Positions 1 to 10,208 of a DNA stretch of 64,000 nucleotides are shown one piece after another (position 1 is the stretch's first letter; each line of letters opens with the position of its first letter). The notes under the pieces were generated by a model. The model was given only the letters and a program-made list of their open reading frames with translations. It had not been told where the DNA came from and ran no database searches. The translations under genes were made by a program, and so were the position numbers. The stretch covers positions 4,416,001-4,480,000 of the forward strand of contig CP181291.1 in the NCBI GenBank assembly GCA_052279835.1. The letters are read 5' to 3'. Origin of the DNA: Microcoleus sp. GTDB lineage: Bacteria; Cyanobacteriota; Cyanobacteriia; Cyanobacteriales; Microcoleaceae.

Positions 1-1
1 G

Positions 2-616
2 AATTAAAGCGGCTAAATTATCTTTTTCTAACCCCGGTTCGCCAGAGATTAAGACGGCTCGATCGTCGCTAGATGCTGCGCGAATTTGTTGGCGCAATTT
101 CACCGCATAACGGCTATTCCCAATTACTCCCCGTTTCGCCCTGGGTACTAGATAGCTACGGAGGGCATTTTGACGCTCTCGCTCGTAGGCGATTTCTGTT
201 TCTAGCTGCTCTAATTTCGTCGCTAAACGTTGGGTATAGGCTTCGGTGATGGGTGGATATGTTGCGAGCAAACTGCGCCAGCGATCGGCATTAATTACCA
301 AAAATTGACATTCTGTCCGAGCGACAATTCGACTATCGGCTGGTTGTGAACGTTGGAGGGCGGATAAATTGACGATCGCCCCTGGTAATAAACTACTAGC
401 CCACATCAAGCCCGGTTGTTTGCGGCGGTATCGATCGGCCTGTCCTCGCTTGAGGATATAAAGATTTGTGACAGGCGTGTCTTCCAGTACCACTCGAAAT
501 CCAGGCCCAAAGGTTGCTAGTTGTATTTCACTAGCGATCGCCTGTAAAATCTCGCGGGATAATATGCCTAATTCGGTGTTGGATTCTAGCCAGTTAATTA
601 ATGTTTCGGTAGACAT
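2..616 (-). CDS. cyclic-nucleotide-binding domain / sigma-54-interaction-like AAA+ protein (5' part; runs off the window edge)
   Basis: Not in the ORF track. Manual translation from ATG at 616: MSTETLINWLESNTELG...VIGNSRYAVKLRQQIRAASSDDRAVLISGEPGLEKDNLAALI, i.e. a cNMP-like N-terminus followed by a bEBP-like degenerate Walker A (GEPGLEKD). Confidence 0.75.
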   Translation of the reverse strand, partial: MSTETLINWLESNTELGILSREILQAIASEIQLATFGPGFRVVLEDTPVTNLYILKRGQADRYRRKQPGLMWASSLLPGAIVNLSALQRSQPADSRIVARTECQFLVINADRWRSLLATYPPITEAYTQRLATKLEQLETEIAYERERQNALRSYLVPRAKRGVIGNSRYAVKLRQQIRAASSDDRAVLISGEPGLEKDNLAALI

Positions 617-746
617 CGCTTAGCATCGGCGAAAGCCGAATGGTGATAGCTTGCTGTCGGATCTATCATAGCTTGTAGAAGTCCTCACGGCGCGATCGCC
701 CTAATCTCAAGCCAAGGGGCGCACCCGACGAGAATACCACGGCACA

Positions 747-1451
747 TTAGCCAAAAATTGTTTTCCAAGCAATAATTGACAGGGCTAAATCGGCGATCGC
801 GTGACTGATGTAACTAGCCCAAAGCGAACGATAGGTGAGATAACACCAGGACCAAATTACCCCAGCTAGGAATACTGCTAAGGAGCCTAACATCACTCCT
901 TGCCACTGCGTATAAGCTGCTAAAACAATGATATGATGAAGAGTAAAAAACATAGCAATCAGAAATATGGCTCCGGTTCCAGGTATGAGAATCTCACACT
1001 TTTTGTAGACAAACCAGCGCCAAATAAATTCTTCAATCAATGAGTTGATTAGGACAAAATAGCCTTGGACTATTAAAAAAAATATAGGATTGACCAGCCC
1101 CATTTGTTGCACCTTGGTTTTGGCATCACCCACATCGAGCCACTGTTGACCGAAAAGCCAGTAAGTACCCATAATTATCCCGAACATTAATAGCCCCAAA
1201 ACCATGCCAACTAACAATTCTTGATATTTGGGTGGGGATAAATGCAGTTGGTAGCGATCGCGCAAAACAGACCAGACGATGGGTAAAAATATTAGCCAAA
1301 GTCCGCCCAATACTGAAATTATGGTTCCGACTATTCCGGGAGCAATAAATAAGGACATTGCTACACCAATGCTAGCGGCAGGAACTACCAGAATTAGAGC
1401 TAATTTCGCATTTTGGCGATCGCTATGTTCGTCCATTATATTGACACCCAT
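747..1451 (-). CDS. CPBP (CAAX/Abi) family intramembrane glutamic endopeptidase
   Basis: Multi-TM protein with EEFIWR, FFTLHH and SHAIAD motifs. Confidence 0.85.
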   Translation of the reverse strand: MGVNIMDEHSDRQNAKLALILVVPAASIGVAMSLFIAPGIVGTIISVLGGLWLIFLPIVWSVLRDRYQLHLSPPKYQELLVGMVLGLLMFGIIMGTYWLFGQQWLDVGDAKTKVQQMGLVNPIFFLIVQGYFVLINSLIEEFIWRWFVYKKCEILIPGTGAIFLIAMFFTLHHIIVLAAYTQWQGVMLGSLAVFLAGVIWSWCYLTYRSLWASYISHAIADLALSIIAWKTIFG

Positions 1452-1585
1452 ACAAATTCTATAATTATCAGGCGTTATAGATGCTTATTCTACCGATTTT
1501 GGAGCGACTAAATAGCCTGTTACCACATTATGAAACAGGCTATATTGCCTGCTATTATATTGTAAAACAGGCCGGAAAGTAGGTT

Positions 1586-2497
1586 CTATAATAATGAGGG
1601 ATCTTTCAATGCACCGCCAGCAATGGCAGTCAAAATCGCTACACCAAAAGCCAGCCGATACCAGACAAAAATCCAGGTATTCTGAGTTTGCAGAAATTTC
1701 ATCAACCAGGCGATGGAAATATAGGAAAATATAAAGGCTGAAATTGTTCCCACTATCAAAGCGACAACAGCACCTTCACCTACCCCTTCACCCAAAGCAC
1801 TTTTCAACTCAACTAAACCAGCCAGAGTAATTGCCGGAATTCCTAACAAGAAAGAAAACCTGGCCGCCGCCGCTCTTTCTAATCCTCTGAACAATCCTGC
1901 TGTCAGGGTAGAACCCGATCGCGAAACACCGGGAATTATTGCCATTGCTTGAGCTAATCCCATGATTATACCATCTTTGACCTCTAATTTTTCGTAATCC
2001 CGTTGACGCTTGCCTGTTTTTTCGGCTATGGCTAACAGTAACGACATGACGATGGAAGCAATGGCGATCGCCCCCAAACTCCGCAGTGGCGACTTGTCAA
2101 AATCTTTAACAAATATCTTGATTAACAGTCCAAAAACGATAATTGGTATAGTACCCAAACCAATTCCCAGGGCCATCCGAAACTCTTGGGAATCATAGTC
2201 AGAGCGTCTAATAGCCTTAAATGCACCAATAGTTATAGTTGTCAAGTCTTTCCAAAAATACAATAGCACTGCCACAATGCTGCCCAATTGAATTACACCA
2301 ACATAAGCAACACCGGGATCGCGGCCCCAAAGAGCCACTGGAACTACCTTCAAATGAGCGCTGCTGCTGATGGGCAAAAATTCAGTTAATCCTTGGACAA
2401 TTCCTAAAACAATCGCCTCAAATACACTAATTGGATCTGGTCCAGCCACATTAGCAGCCGGGGTTTGAGCGAGCATTACGTCAAGCAAAGCAATCAT
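1586..2497 (-). CDS. uppP: undecaprenyl-diphosphate phosphatase
   Basis: QGLTEFLPISSSAHL and PGVSRSGST BacA/UppP motifs. Confidence 0.95.
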   Translation of the reverse strand: MIALLDVMLAQTPAANVAGPDPISVFEAIVLGIVQGLTEFLPISSSAHLKVVPVALWGRDPGVAYVGVIQLGSIVAVLLYFWKDLTTITIGAFKAIRRSDYDSQEFRMALGIGLGTIPIIVFGLLIKIFVKDFDKSPLRSLGAIAIASIVMSLLLAIAEKTGKRQRDYEKLEVKDGIIMGLAQAMAIIPGVSRSGSTLTAGLFRGLERAAAARFSFLLGIPAITLAGLVELKSALGEGVGEGAVVALIVGTISAFIFSYISIAWLMKFLQTQNTWIFVWYRLAFGVAILTAIAGGALKDPSLL

Positions 2498-2686
2498 TTG
2501 TTGTCAATTCCTAATTGTCAGTTCCTATTTGAGCTGAATCTTAGTGCCGATCGCAACTAAAAACATCTTAAAATAGGTAGTCAAGAACCAATTTAACCCA
2601 CTGACCAGCATTTGCCGACATTTGCTGATAAAATTAATCGTGTTTTGCACGCTTTTTCGCCACTTTACAGCAACTGCCAACAAACT

Positions 2687-3298
2687 ATGATATTTTCCAA
2701 CTACCAAAATTTAATTGCTACTATTGCTTCTGGCAAAGGCTGGCGGCGGCGAATCTTGTCTGCTAGTCTTTTAACTGTGGCGATCGCCCTTAGCTTCATC
2801 CTATTCATTAGCCCAGCACCAGCCTACGCAACTCTCACAGACGATCGCTTCGACGGTACAATTTTTGCCCTCTATGGTGGCAACGGTTCCCTAGTCCCTC
2901 CCAAAGTCACGATCAAAGATTCTTTCAAACGCAAAAAACCAGTATTACTGGTATTTTACACTGATGATAGTAGCGACTGCAAGCAATACGCTATAGTTGT
3001 CTCTAACCTCCAGGAATTTTACGGTCGGGCAGCCGATTTTATCCCTGTATCCATCGATTCTCTTCCTGCCAAACCAGCACCAGAATTAACCAATCCGAGC
3101 CATTATTACGAAGGTTTTGTACCTCAAACAGTGATTCTCGATCAATCGGGGAAAGTTGTTTTTAATGCGAAAGGACAAGTACCTTTTGAGCAGGTAGATG
3201 ATGCCTTTAGGAAAGTATTTGACTTGCTACCTAGAGACAAATCTATCCCGTTAAAACGCCGGATTGTGAACGAACTAAATACTGAGCTATCGAAGTAG
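2687..3298 (+). CDS. thioredoxin-fold thylakoid membrane protein (photosystem I accumulation factor-like)
   Basis: N-terminal signal/TM, then DDRFDGTIFALYGGNGSLVPP and PVLLVFYTDDSSDCK; in-frame ATG 2687 preferred over TTG 2612. Confidence 0.7.
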   Translation: MIFSNYQNLIATIASGKGWRRRILSASLLTVAIALSFILFISPAPAYATLTDDRFDGTIFALYGGNGSLVPPKVTIKDSFKRKKPVLLVFYTDDSSDCKQYAIVVSNLQEFYGRAADFIPVSIDSLPAKPAPELTNPSHYYEGFVPQTVILDQSGKVVFNAKGQVPFEQVDDAFRKVFDLLPRDKSIPLKRRIVNELNTELSK

Positions 3299-3578
3299 TT
3301 ATTGGTTATTGGTTATTTGTTGTGTGTTGTTGGCAGTACCCTGAGCGAAGGGTCTAAGGGTTATGGGTTATTAGTTATTACTCAGGAATGAGCTATTAGC
3401 AGTAATCAGGAATTTGTGAGGCTCTGTCAATAACAAATAAACAACAGCCAATAACGAATAACCAACAACCAACAACGAACAACCCACAACAAAATCCTTA
3501 AACTCTCTCTTCTCTTCCTTCGCGTCAAGAGCGCCTTCGCGGTTAAATCACCTGACGATACAACTGGAATTGATCTAA

Positions 3579-3636
3579 CAAATAACCAATCACAAATAAC
3601 CAATCACAAATAACCAATCACAAATAACCAATAACC
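3579..3636. repeat. short tandem repeat (CAAATAACCAATCA)n, STRR-like
   Basis: About 4 copies of a 14-bp unit; related heptamer runs at 3298-3500. Confidence 0.85.
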
Positions 3637-3692
3637 CTTGCATCCCTAAAGCTATCAAGGCAAAATAGATGTGAACTGTTTAACCTCAAATC

Positions 3693-4754
3693 ATGACCAG
3701 AACCTTAATTCCCGTGATTCTCGCCGGCGGTAAAGGCGAACGTTTTTGGCCGCTAAGTCGCAAGCAGCGCCCCAAGCAGTTTTTGAGTCTCGATGGTAGC
3801 GGTAAGAGTTTGCTGCAAGCTACTGCTGAAAGACTATTAACATTAGGTAACGGCTGGGAAGATTTGTGGGTAGTAACATCAGAAATGTTGGCCGAGGGTG
3901 TGCGCCAACAGTTGCCGCTGCTACCTCCTGAGAATTTGCTGGCGGAACCGGAGGGGAGGGATACTGCGCCTGCGGTGGCTTGGACGGCTATAGAAACGGC
4001 TAAGCGTTACGGTGAGGATGCGGTTGTCGGGTTTTTCCCCGCGGATCACTGGATTGGGGAACCGGAGGAGTTTGAGAAGACTTTGGCTGCGGCGGCTTCT
4101 TTGGCGAAAAATCAGGATGCGATCGCCACTTTGGGAGTCAAACCGAGCTATGCTTCCACTGGTTATGGCTACATCGAACAAGGGGAGGAAATCGGCAGTT
4201 TTGGCGGTTTTCCCGCCTATCGCGTCGCCCGGTTTACCGAAAAGCCCGATCGTGCCACCGCTGAGGAATTTGTAGCCAGCGGCAAATTTAGTTGGAATGG
4301 CGGAATTTTTGTGTTTCGAGTTGGCACTGTCTTGACAGAATTGCGCAATTATGTACCGGAAATGATGGCTGCTTTGGAGGCAAAAGGGGCCCAGGCTTAC
4401 TCAGAATTGCCGAAAATTAGCATTGATTATGCGCTGATGGAAAAGACGCAAAAAGCCTGTGTTTTGCCTGTAGGATTTAGTTGGGACGATTTGGGAGATT
4501 GGAATGCGATCGCCCGTTTGCTGCAAGGAGACAAGCCGAATGTGGAATTAGCAAAACACATCGGAATTGATACGAAGGGCGCGATTTTTTATGCAGCGGA
4601 TGAGAATGAAGTCATTGTCACCATTGGTTTAGAAGATGTGGTAGTTGTCAGAGATGGCAATGTGACTTTGATTGTGAAAAAAGACAGAACCCAGGAGATT
4701 AAACAGGTAATTAAGGTATTGGGAGAAGATGAGAAATTGCAAGATTTATTGTAA
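3693..4754 (+). CDS. manC: mannose-1-phosphate guanylyltransferase
   Basis: ILAGGKGERFWPLSRKQRPKQF, FTEKPD, SIDYALMEK and WDDLGDW motifs. Confidence 0.93.
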   Translation: MTRTLIPVILAGGKGERFWPLSRKQRPKQFLSLDGSGKSLLQATAERLLTLGNGWEDLWVVTSEMLAEGVRQQLPLLPPENLLAEPEGRDTAPAVAWTAIETAKRYGEDAVVGFFPADHWIGEPEEFEKTLAAAASLAKNQDAIATLGVKPSYASTGYGYIEQGEEIGSFGGFPAYRVARFTEKPDRATAEEFVASGKFSWNGGIFVFRVGTVLTELRNYVPEMMAALEAKGAQAYSELPKISIDYALMEKTQKACVLPVGFSWDDLGDWNAIARLLQGDKPNVELAKHIGIDTKGAIFYAADENEVIVTIGLEDVVVVRDGNVTLIVKKDRTQEIKQVIKVLGEDEKLQDLL

Positions 4755-4925
4755 GGACTGACACGACGACATCAGAAACCAAGTTTCTTAAAAATTTTTT
4801 CGTTATCTAACGCAAAAATTCTAGAAACAGGGTTTCTCGCCTGCGGGCGCGGGCAATATTTACCCTTTAGTTAGTGTTATTTTTTCAGGGTGTTATATAT
4901 AGTGTGGGGATTCTCATCTGTTTAG

Positions 4926-6008
4926 CTAAAGCTGAGTGCAACTTTTAGCAGCAGCCGCCTGTTGTCGCATCAAGTTAGCAGTGTTACAAGCAGATTGAGA
5001 CACTCTTAAATTAGATTTCCCAACGCCATGAGCCAACAACTGAGATGGTGGCTCTAAACTAATATCTTTAGGCTGTTTCTCTGCCATTTTCTTGGAAAAC
5101 TGTGGCGCTGATTCCAGAAACTTTTCGATGGGAATTCCCCAACTCGATCGCACCATTAATTCCCGCATCGGTTCACAGGGTTTCGATCCATCCTGAAACA
5201 CATAAGGATCTCCCCAAAGCGGATAAGCGTGCATTCCGTTGACAGCTACCACCTCACCAGCCAAATTCAGCACAGGACCACCGCTCATCCCTTTTTCAAT
5301 CTGATTGTCATAACCCAGTTGATAGCCATCTTCGAGGGATTTTTCAGGTATGAGCGATACTCGTCCGGTAGTGAATTTCCATCCGGCTCGATCTGACTTT
5401 TTAACTTCAGCAGGAAACCCCGCAGCATATACTTTATCCCCTTCTTTAACCATTGCAGAACTTCCCAATATACCTATTTTGTAGTCGGATTTGGTACTGG
5501 TAAATTGCAACATTGCTAAATCTTTCCCTGCAAATTGAGTTGGCAAAAATCGAGTGGCAGAGTGAATTTTACCGTCGGGAGTTTGGATGCGATAGGTTTC
5601 CCCTGACTGCAATACATGATCGTTCGTAATCACAGTATAAACTCGATCTTGCCGCTGAATGATAATCCCCGAACCCCAATTATCTCCCGAAAACACTTTC
5701 ACAGTAATTGAACGGGCTTTCTGAAACATCGCTGTTTTGGCTAAATCTTCCGCCCTCTGGGGAAGGGGTTGTTTCTGGTTCTCCCGTGACAATGGTTTGA
5801 CTGTTTTTCCCGGCAAATTTAGTGGTTGAGCCGCTAGTGAATTCACAGGGGGTTTTGTGAGTTGAACTTTCGATTCTTGAGGTTGCAGTGCTGCATCTGT
5901 GCGGACAATTTCTGTCCCAGAAAAACCTCGACTGTGTACTTGAATGGCTACTCCGGTTAAGATACCAGTAGTACAGCTAAAAATTACTAGGGAAAGCCAA
6001 TTCATCAA
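4926..6008 (-). CDS. trypsin-like (S1) serine protease, N-terminally anchored
   Basis: Catalytic motifs TNDHV, DLAML, GMSGGP; hydrophobic N-terminus. Confidence 0.9.
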   Translation of the reverse strand: MMNWLSLVIFSCTTGILTGVAIQVHSRGFSGTEIVRTDAALQPQESKVQLTKPPVNSLAAQPLNLPGKTVKPLSRENQKQPLPQRAEDLAKTAMFQKARSITVKVFSGDNWGSGIIIQRQDRVYTVITNDHVLQSGETYRIQTPDGKIHSATRFLPTQFAGKDLAMLQFTSTKSDYKIGILGSSAMVKEGDKVYAAGFPAEVKKSDRAGWKFTTGRVSLIPEKSLEDGYQLGYDNQIEKGMSGGPVLNLAGEVVAVNGMHAYPLWGDPYVFQDGSKPCEPMRELMVRSSWGIPIEKFLESAPQFSKKMAEKQPKDISLEPPSQLLAHGVGKSNLRVSQSACNTANLMRQQAAAAKSCTQL

Positions 6009-6101
6009 AATTACATAATTTAGTTAATGGGAAGGGGGACTAAACAGAAGCATCTTGTCCCTTATTAAGGGGGGTTGGGGGGGATCAAATTCTATGCAGT
6101 C

Positions 6102-6662
6102 TTACCAAACAGGAGTATTATCAGATTGCGAATTTGGCTCACTTTCTACAGCAGCCTGTTCGAGATATTGGCTCATATCTATATAAAGACGAGATGTGCT
6201 TTCATTGAGTGGGCCTGAAGCGCGGACGCGCACAGCCATGAGACTCTTTAATACTTGATTTGGATCGCTGCCTGGTTTGAGGGTGAATAGTAATCCAGTG
6301 CAATTACCTCCTTCGCTATTGGCAATACAAATTACTTGCTGGTTGTTCATCATACCAGTCGTTAGGTAGTTCAGTTTTCCGTTTAGGAAGTATTGCTGAA
6401 ATCGGGCAGATACTTCCAGACAGCGCCTTTGCTCACTGTAGCCTGCTTCGCGGAAACGATCGGAAGTCCACCGGATCACCGATACGTCACCGCGATTAGT
6501 CTGAGCAATGGTTGCAGGAACACCGTTGCTTTGGCCGCAGACAAATGCTTTGGTTTGAAGGGCGGTTTGAGCACTAGCATAGCTCCCGATCGCACTAAAA
6601 GCAAAGGCGATCGATCCTGCTGCAACACTCAATCTCAATAGCTTGTGTTTGTTCATCATCAA
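6102..6662 (-). CDS. COP23 domain-containing secreted protein
   Basis: Signal peptide; FVCG...PATIA...VIRWTSDRF...RRCLEVSARFQ...YLTTG...VIC...C..LLFTL pattern. Confidence 0.88.
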   Translation of the reverse strand: MMMNKHKLLRLSVAAGSIAFAFSAIGSYASAQTALQTKAFVCGQSNGVPATIAQTNRGDVSVIRWTSDRFREAGYSEQRRCLEVSARFQQYFLNGKLNYLTTGMMNNQQVICIANSEGGNCTGLLFTLKPGSDPNQVLKSLMAVRVRASGPLNESTSRLYIDMSQYLEQAAVESEPNSQSDNTPVW

Positions 6663-6688
6663 AACTCCTGGTTTTTTTAGTTAAAAAC

Positions 6689-8483
6689 TTAATTACTAGC
6701 ACCCACCGGCGAAGTACCAGGACGGCAAATTGGTTTACCCTGAACGTAGAGGGGATCTGGTGGGCGGATGTTGCTGGCTTCATCAGTTTCGCAGACGATC
6801 GACACTGTGACAGGATTGCTATTATTAGCTGTTTCCGTCAAAAACACGGCTCCCACATAGGCTTTTTGACTGGGGTTGAGAGGAATAGCATAGTGATATG
6901 CTCCCCTAGTAGTCGTGTGAATCGCAAAGTTGAACTTCGACATGGGAAGTTGAATATTAAAGGAGCGTTGCAGCAAACTGACAGTACCAGTAAATGCACC
7001 GTTGCGCGTGCGGAAGGTTTGCTGGGCGCGAATTAAGGCTTGAAGTGCTGATTCCGCTCCCGGCGATGTAGCCTGTCGCATCGCTTGAGGTGCTGGCTGA
7101 CTAATTGGCTCTGGTTTTGGTGCAGGTGTGACCCTTGGTTGCTTAGCTTCTAGGGAGTTATTGGGTGCTGGAGCTGTTTGTGACACACTCCGGGAAGCCT
7201 GCTGTGGCTCGATTCTTGCGACTTGGTTTCTCGGTAAAGATATTCCCAGCCCGCTGTTGAGTGCCATTTGGAAGCCATCTTCATTTCCTGATGCTCCCGC
7301 GAGGGATGCTGCTTTTTGATTGTCTTCATTGGCTCCTTCGCTGTCCCCCGACTATCCGACGTACTTCGCTGCGACGGTTGTACCCAACGGGGCTGTTGGG
7401 AGCTAGGCGGATGGCTTGGGCTATGTCAGCGTTGGCACCTATGTAGTCTTTGATTTGAGCGCGGCTGACACCCCGCAGGCCGTAGGCATCTGCAAAGTTA
7501 GAATTGATTTGGATAGCTCGATCGAAGTCGGCGATCGCTTCTTTATGATTTGCCAATTGAGCGTTGCTAGCACCACGAACCCGGTGAGCTTCGGCTAATT
7601 GGGAATTGTTTTGGATAGCTTTGATCGCATTTTCTAGAGCTGCTCTGTAATTTTTTTGAGCGAAGTTAGCATAAGCTAGACCGTTGAAAACATCGGCGGA
7701 GTTTTGATTGAATCGCAGTCCTTGGCTGAAATCGGCGATCGCCCCTTGATAATTTTGCCGTTTCAGTTTTTCTTTTCCCTGTTCGGCGTAAGCTTTAGGA
7801 GCGAGTTCCACAAAGGTATTGATGGGAATTCCTAAGTTTACCCAGGCTTTAGTTATGGTATCTTCTGTGCTGCCTTCTGTACGTCCGTGAATGCCAATTA
7901 CACGGCCGCGAAGATCGAGAATTGGCCCTCCGCTCATTCCCTGACGAGTGGGGTTGGTATAGATTAATTCATACCCGTCATTTACCCGCTCGCGAGCTGA
8001 AATTTGTCCGGCTGTCATCTGACGAATTTGTCTTGTAATCGTTTCCCCTGGCTTTGGCCAACCGGAAACGTAGACTTGTTCTCCGACGGTGACTGTTTTA
8101 GAATCTCCCAATTGTGCTATCTCGTAATTGCCAGAGCTGACAAAGGGTACGATCGCCAAATCGACTCCCGGTAATTCGATAATGTTGCTGCTTTCGACTC
8201 GGAAGGAATTGCGATCGGGTGTCGTAATTTTCGATTCGCCTCCTCCCCTGGTGACGTGCTTGGCAGTCAGTACATAATAGGTACTTCCTTCCCTAGCAAT
8301 AATTATCCCTGAACCCTGAGTTTGTCCTTCAATTAATACTGTAATTTGTTCAGCAATTTTGTTGACTTGTTCGGCGGTTTGTGCTACCGCATTTTGCATC
8401 TGGACTACTGCTATGGTTGCACCGATCAGCGCTGCTGAAAGTCCGTATTTAAACTTAATTGTCATAGGATAATCCATTTCCAA
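6689..8483 (-). pseudogene. trypsin-like protease + TPR + type IV pilin-like G/H domain protein, split by a +1 frameshift (ORFs 7326..8483 and 6689..7267)
   Basis: Protease motifs TAKHV/DLA/GMSGGP, then TPRs. Removing one base from the C5 run at 7345-7349 gives ...IVGDSEGANEDNQKAASL..., continuing in frame into MALNSG... and a Pilin_GH-like C-terminus (RAQQ...KAYVGAVF...IVCE). May be a sequencing error. Confidence 0.75.
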
Positions 8484-8533
8484 TCTTAACTAATATTCTT
8501 TGATTCGGAACGACTTACTTATCGAGATCGTTA

Positions 8534-9091
8534 TCACCACAAGGGAAGCTCCGGCTCTGAGTCGTTTTTTTTGATGTTAGTGGGAGATGGGGCCATGGGC
8601 AAAATATTTCGATCGCCTGGAATGCCGACTCTTGGGGGAAACTCGTTTAGGAACAAATTCCTTTGCATATCAACAGAAACGGTTGAGGTTTTTGCAGGAG
8701 GAAATTGTGAGAGTTGACTGTCTGAACCCCAAAGAGGTGGTAATTGCTCATATGAACCACTTCCCCCAGAGGAAGTGCCACCTTGAATGATGTTGCAAAC
8801 TGCTATTGGCTCCCTACCCTCCGCAGCTTTAACGCAATCTTTTTGCAATTTTTGTGCCATTTGTTCGCATTGCGATCGAGAATTAATTCCTAAAACTTGG
8901 AAATCCTCAGATACCCACCTAATTACTGGTATATTTCCCTGGGCTGTTTGAGCTATGATTGTTGGCTCTTCATTAATTGTGCCGCAAAAAAAAGTTAATT
9001 CTTGAGCCTTGCTGACACTAATAAAACTAATTGTGTTTACCCAAGTCAATACGACAGTTGTGCAAATTGCCTGTAATAGTTTTAATTTCAC
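8534..9091 (-). CDS. divergent COP23 domain-containing secreted protein
   Basis: Signal peptide; FFCG...PTIIA...PVIRWVSEDF...QCEQ N-terminal COP23 half; low-complexity C-terminus. Confidence 0.7.
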   Translation of the reverse strand: MKLKLLQAICTTVVLTWVNTISFISVSKAQELTFFCGTINEEPTIIAQTAQGNIPVIRWVSEDFQVLGINSRSQCEQMAQKLQKDCVKAAEGREPIAVCNIIQGGTSSGGSGSYEQLPPLWGSDSQLSQFPPAKTSTVSVDMQRNLFLNEFPPRVGIPGDRNILPMAPSPTNIKKNDSEPELPLW

Positions 9092-9236
9092 AAATCACCT
9101 CCTTCTCCCTGAACAATCCTCTCATATTTACTTACAATTTTCTAGATTTTTTTTTAAGGAAGACGGGTTTTTAAATAATTCATCTATTATCTTCCACTGG
9201 CTCCCGTCTACCCCTTAATTTTGCTAAAAAATCATC

Positions 9237-9842
9237 TTAAAAAAGTGGGTCGCTAGCATCAGCTTCCACAGCATGAGGGGAGCTAGATTCTGCATTTTGG
9301 CTGTTGATATATTCACCCATGTTAACATATATTCGATCGTTCATTTCGATATATACTGGGTTAGAAGGCGCGCTTTCATTCAGTGCATTTGCGCCACTAG
9401 CTCTATCTCGTAAATTCAACAGGCGTTTTAATGTATCTCGCGCATCGCTCCCCGGTTTAACTGTAAATAACAAGCCGTTGTTTGGCAAGTCGCTGGCACA
9501 GTCACCACCCTTGGTGCGGGCTACACAAATTACGGATTGCCGGTTGATAACTCCTGTGGTTAGGTATTTCAGCATTCCGGCTTTGTGATATTGTTCAAAT
9601 CTGCCAGATACCAGTTCGCACCTGCGCTCTGTATCGAATCCTGAGTCTGAGAAACTATTAGAAACCCACCGGATTACTGTGACGTTTCCTTGGGCTCTTT
9701 GCAAAATAGTTGCTGGCTGACCTCCACTTTTGCTACAGACGAACCCTGTGGTTTGGGCGGATATTGGACTGCTATGAATAATAGTGGTAGCAAGTGCGAT
9801 CGCAGATGCAGTAATCAGCGATATCGTTGGCTGAATTTTCAT
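9237..9842 (-). CDS. COP23 domain-containing secreted protein
   Basis: Start MKIQPT (ATG 9842) gives a signal peptide; VIRWVSNSF...RRCELVSGRF...YLTTG...LLFTV. Confidence 0.88.
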   Translation of the reverse strand: MKIQPTISLITASAIALATTIIHSSPISAQTTGFVCSKSGGQPATILQRAQGNVTVIRWVSNSFSDSGFDTERRCELVSGRFEQYHKAGMLKYLTTGVINRQSVICVARTKGGDCASDLPNNGLLFTVKPGSDARDTLKRLLNLRDRASGANALNESAPSNPVYIEMNDRIYVNMGEYINSQNAESSSPHAVEADASDPLF

Positions 9843-10208
9843 GGGCAATTTTATTCCTGATTTGTTTGATGGATGTTTGGGGATGAATAGGATTGCTAAT
9901 TTTGAGTAGGTATATCTTAAATCAAGGCGACTTTGGGCAAAGGATTTGGGAATGGATAACTGACTCGCAGCAAACATTCTGATTCAACTAGCCCTCGCTG
10001 TCGGCTGACTATTTTTGTCTACCTGCCTGTTGCTTGTAATTATAAAGCAAAACTTAGAAATAAAATTTAAAGATTTAGGGAAGAAGAGGAAAAACGGAAA
10101 TGTGATGATTCTTTAACCTGACCTTTTGCATCATTCTCAATCAGCCTTGTATGAACAGGAGCGATGGCTGGTTCCACAATAGAATTAAATTTGATTCTAG
10201 ATTCGAGA

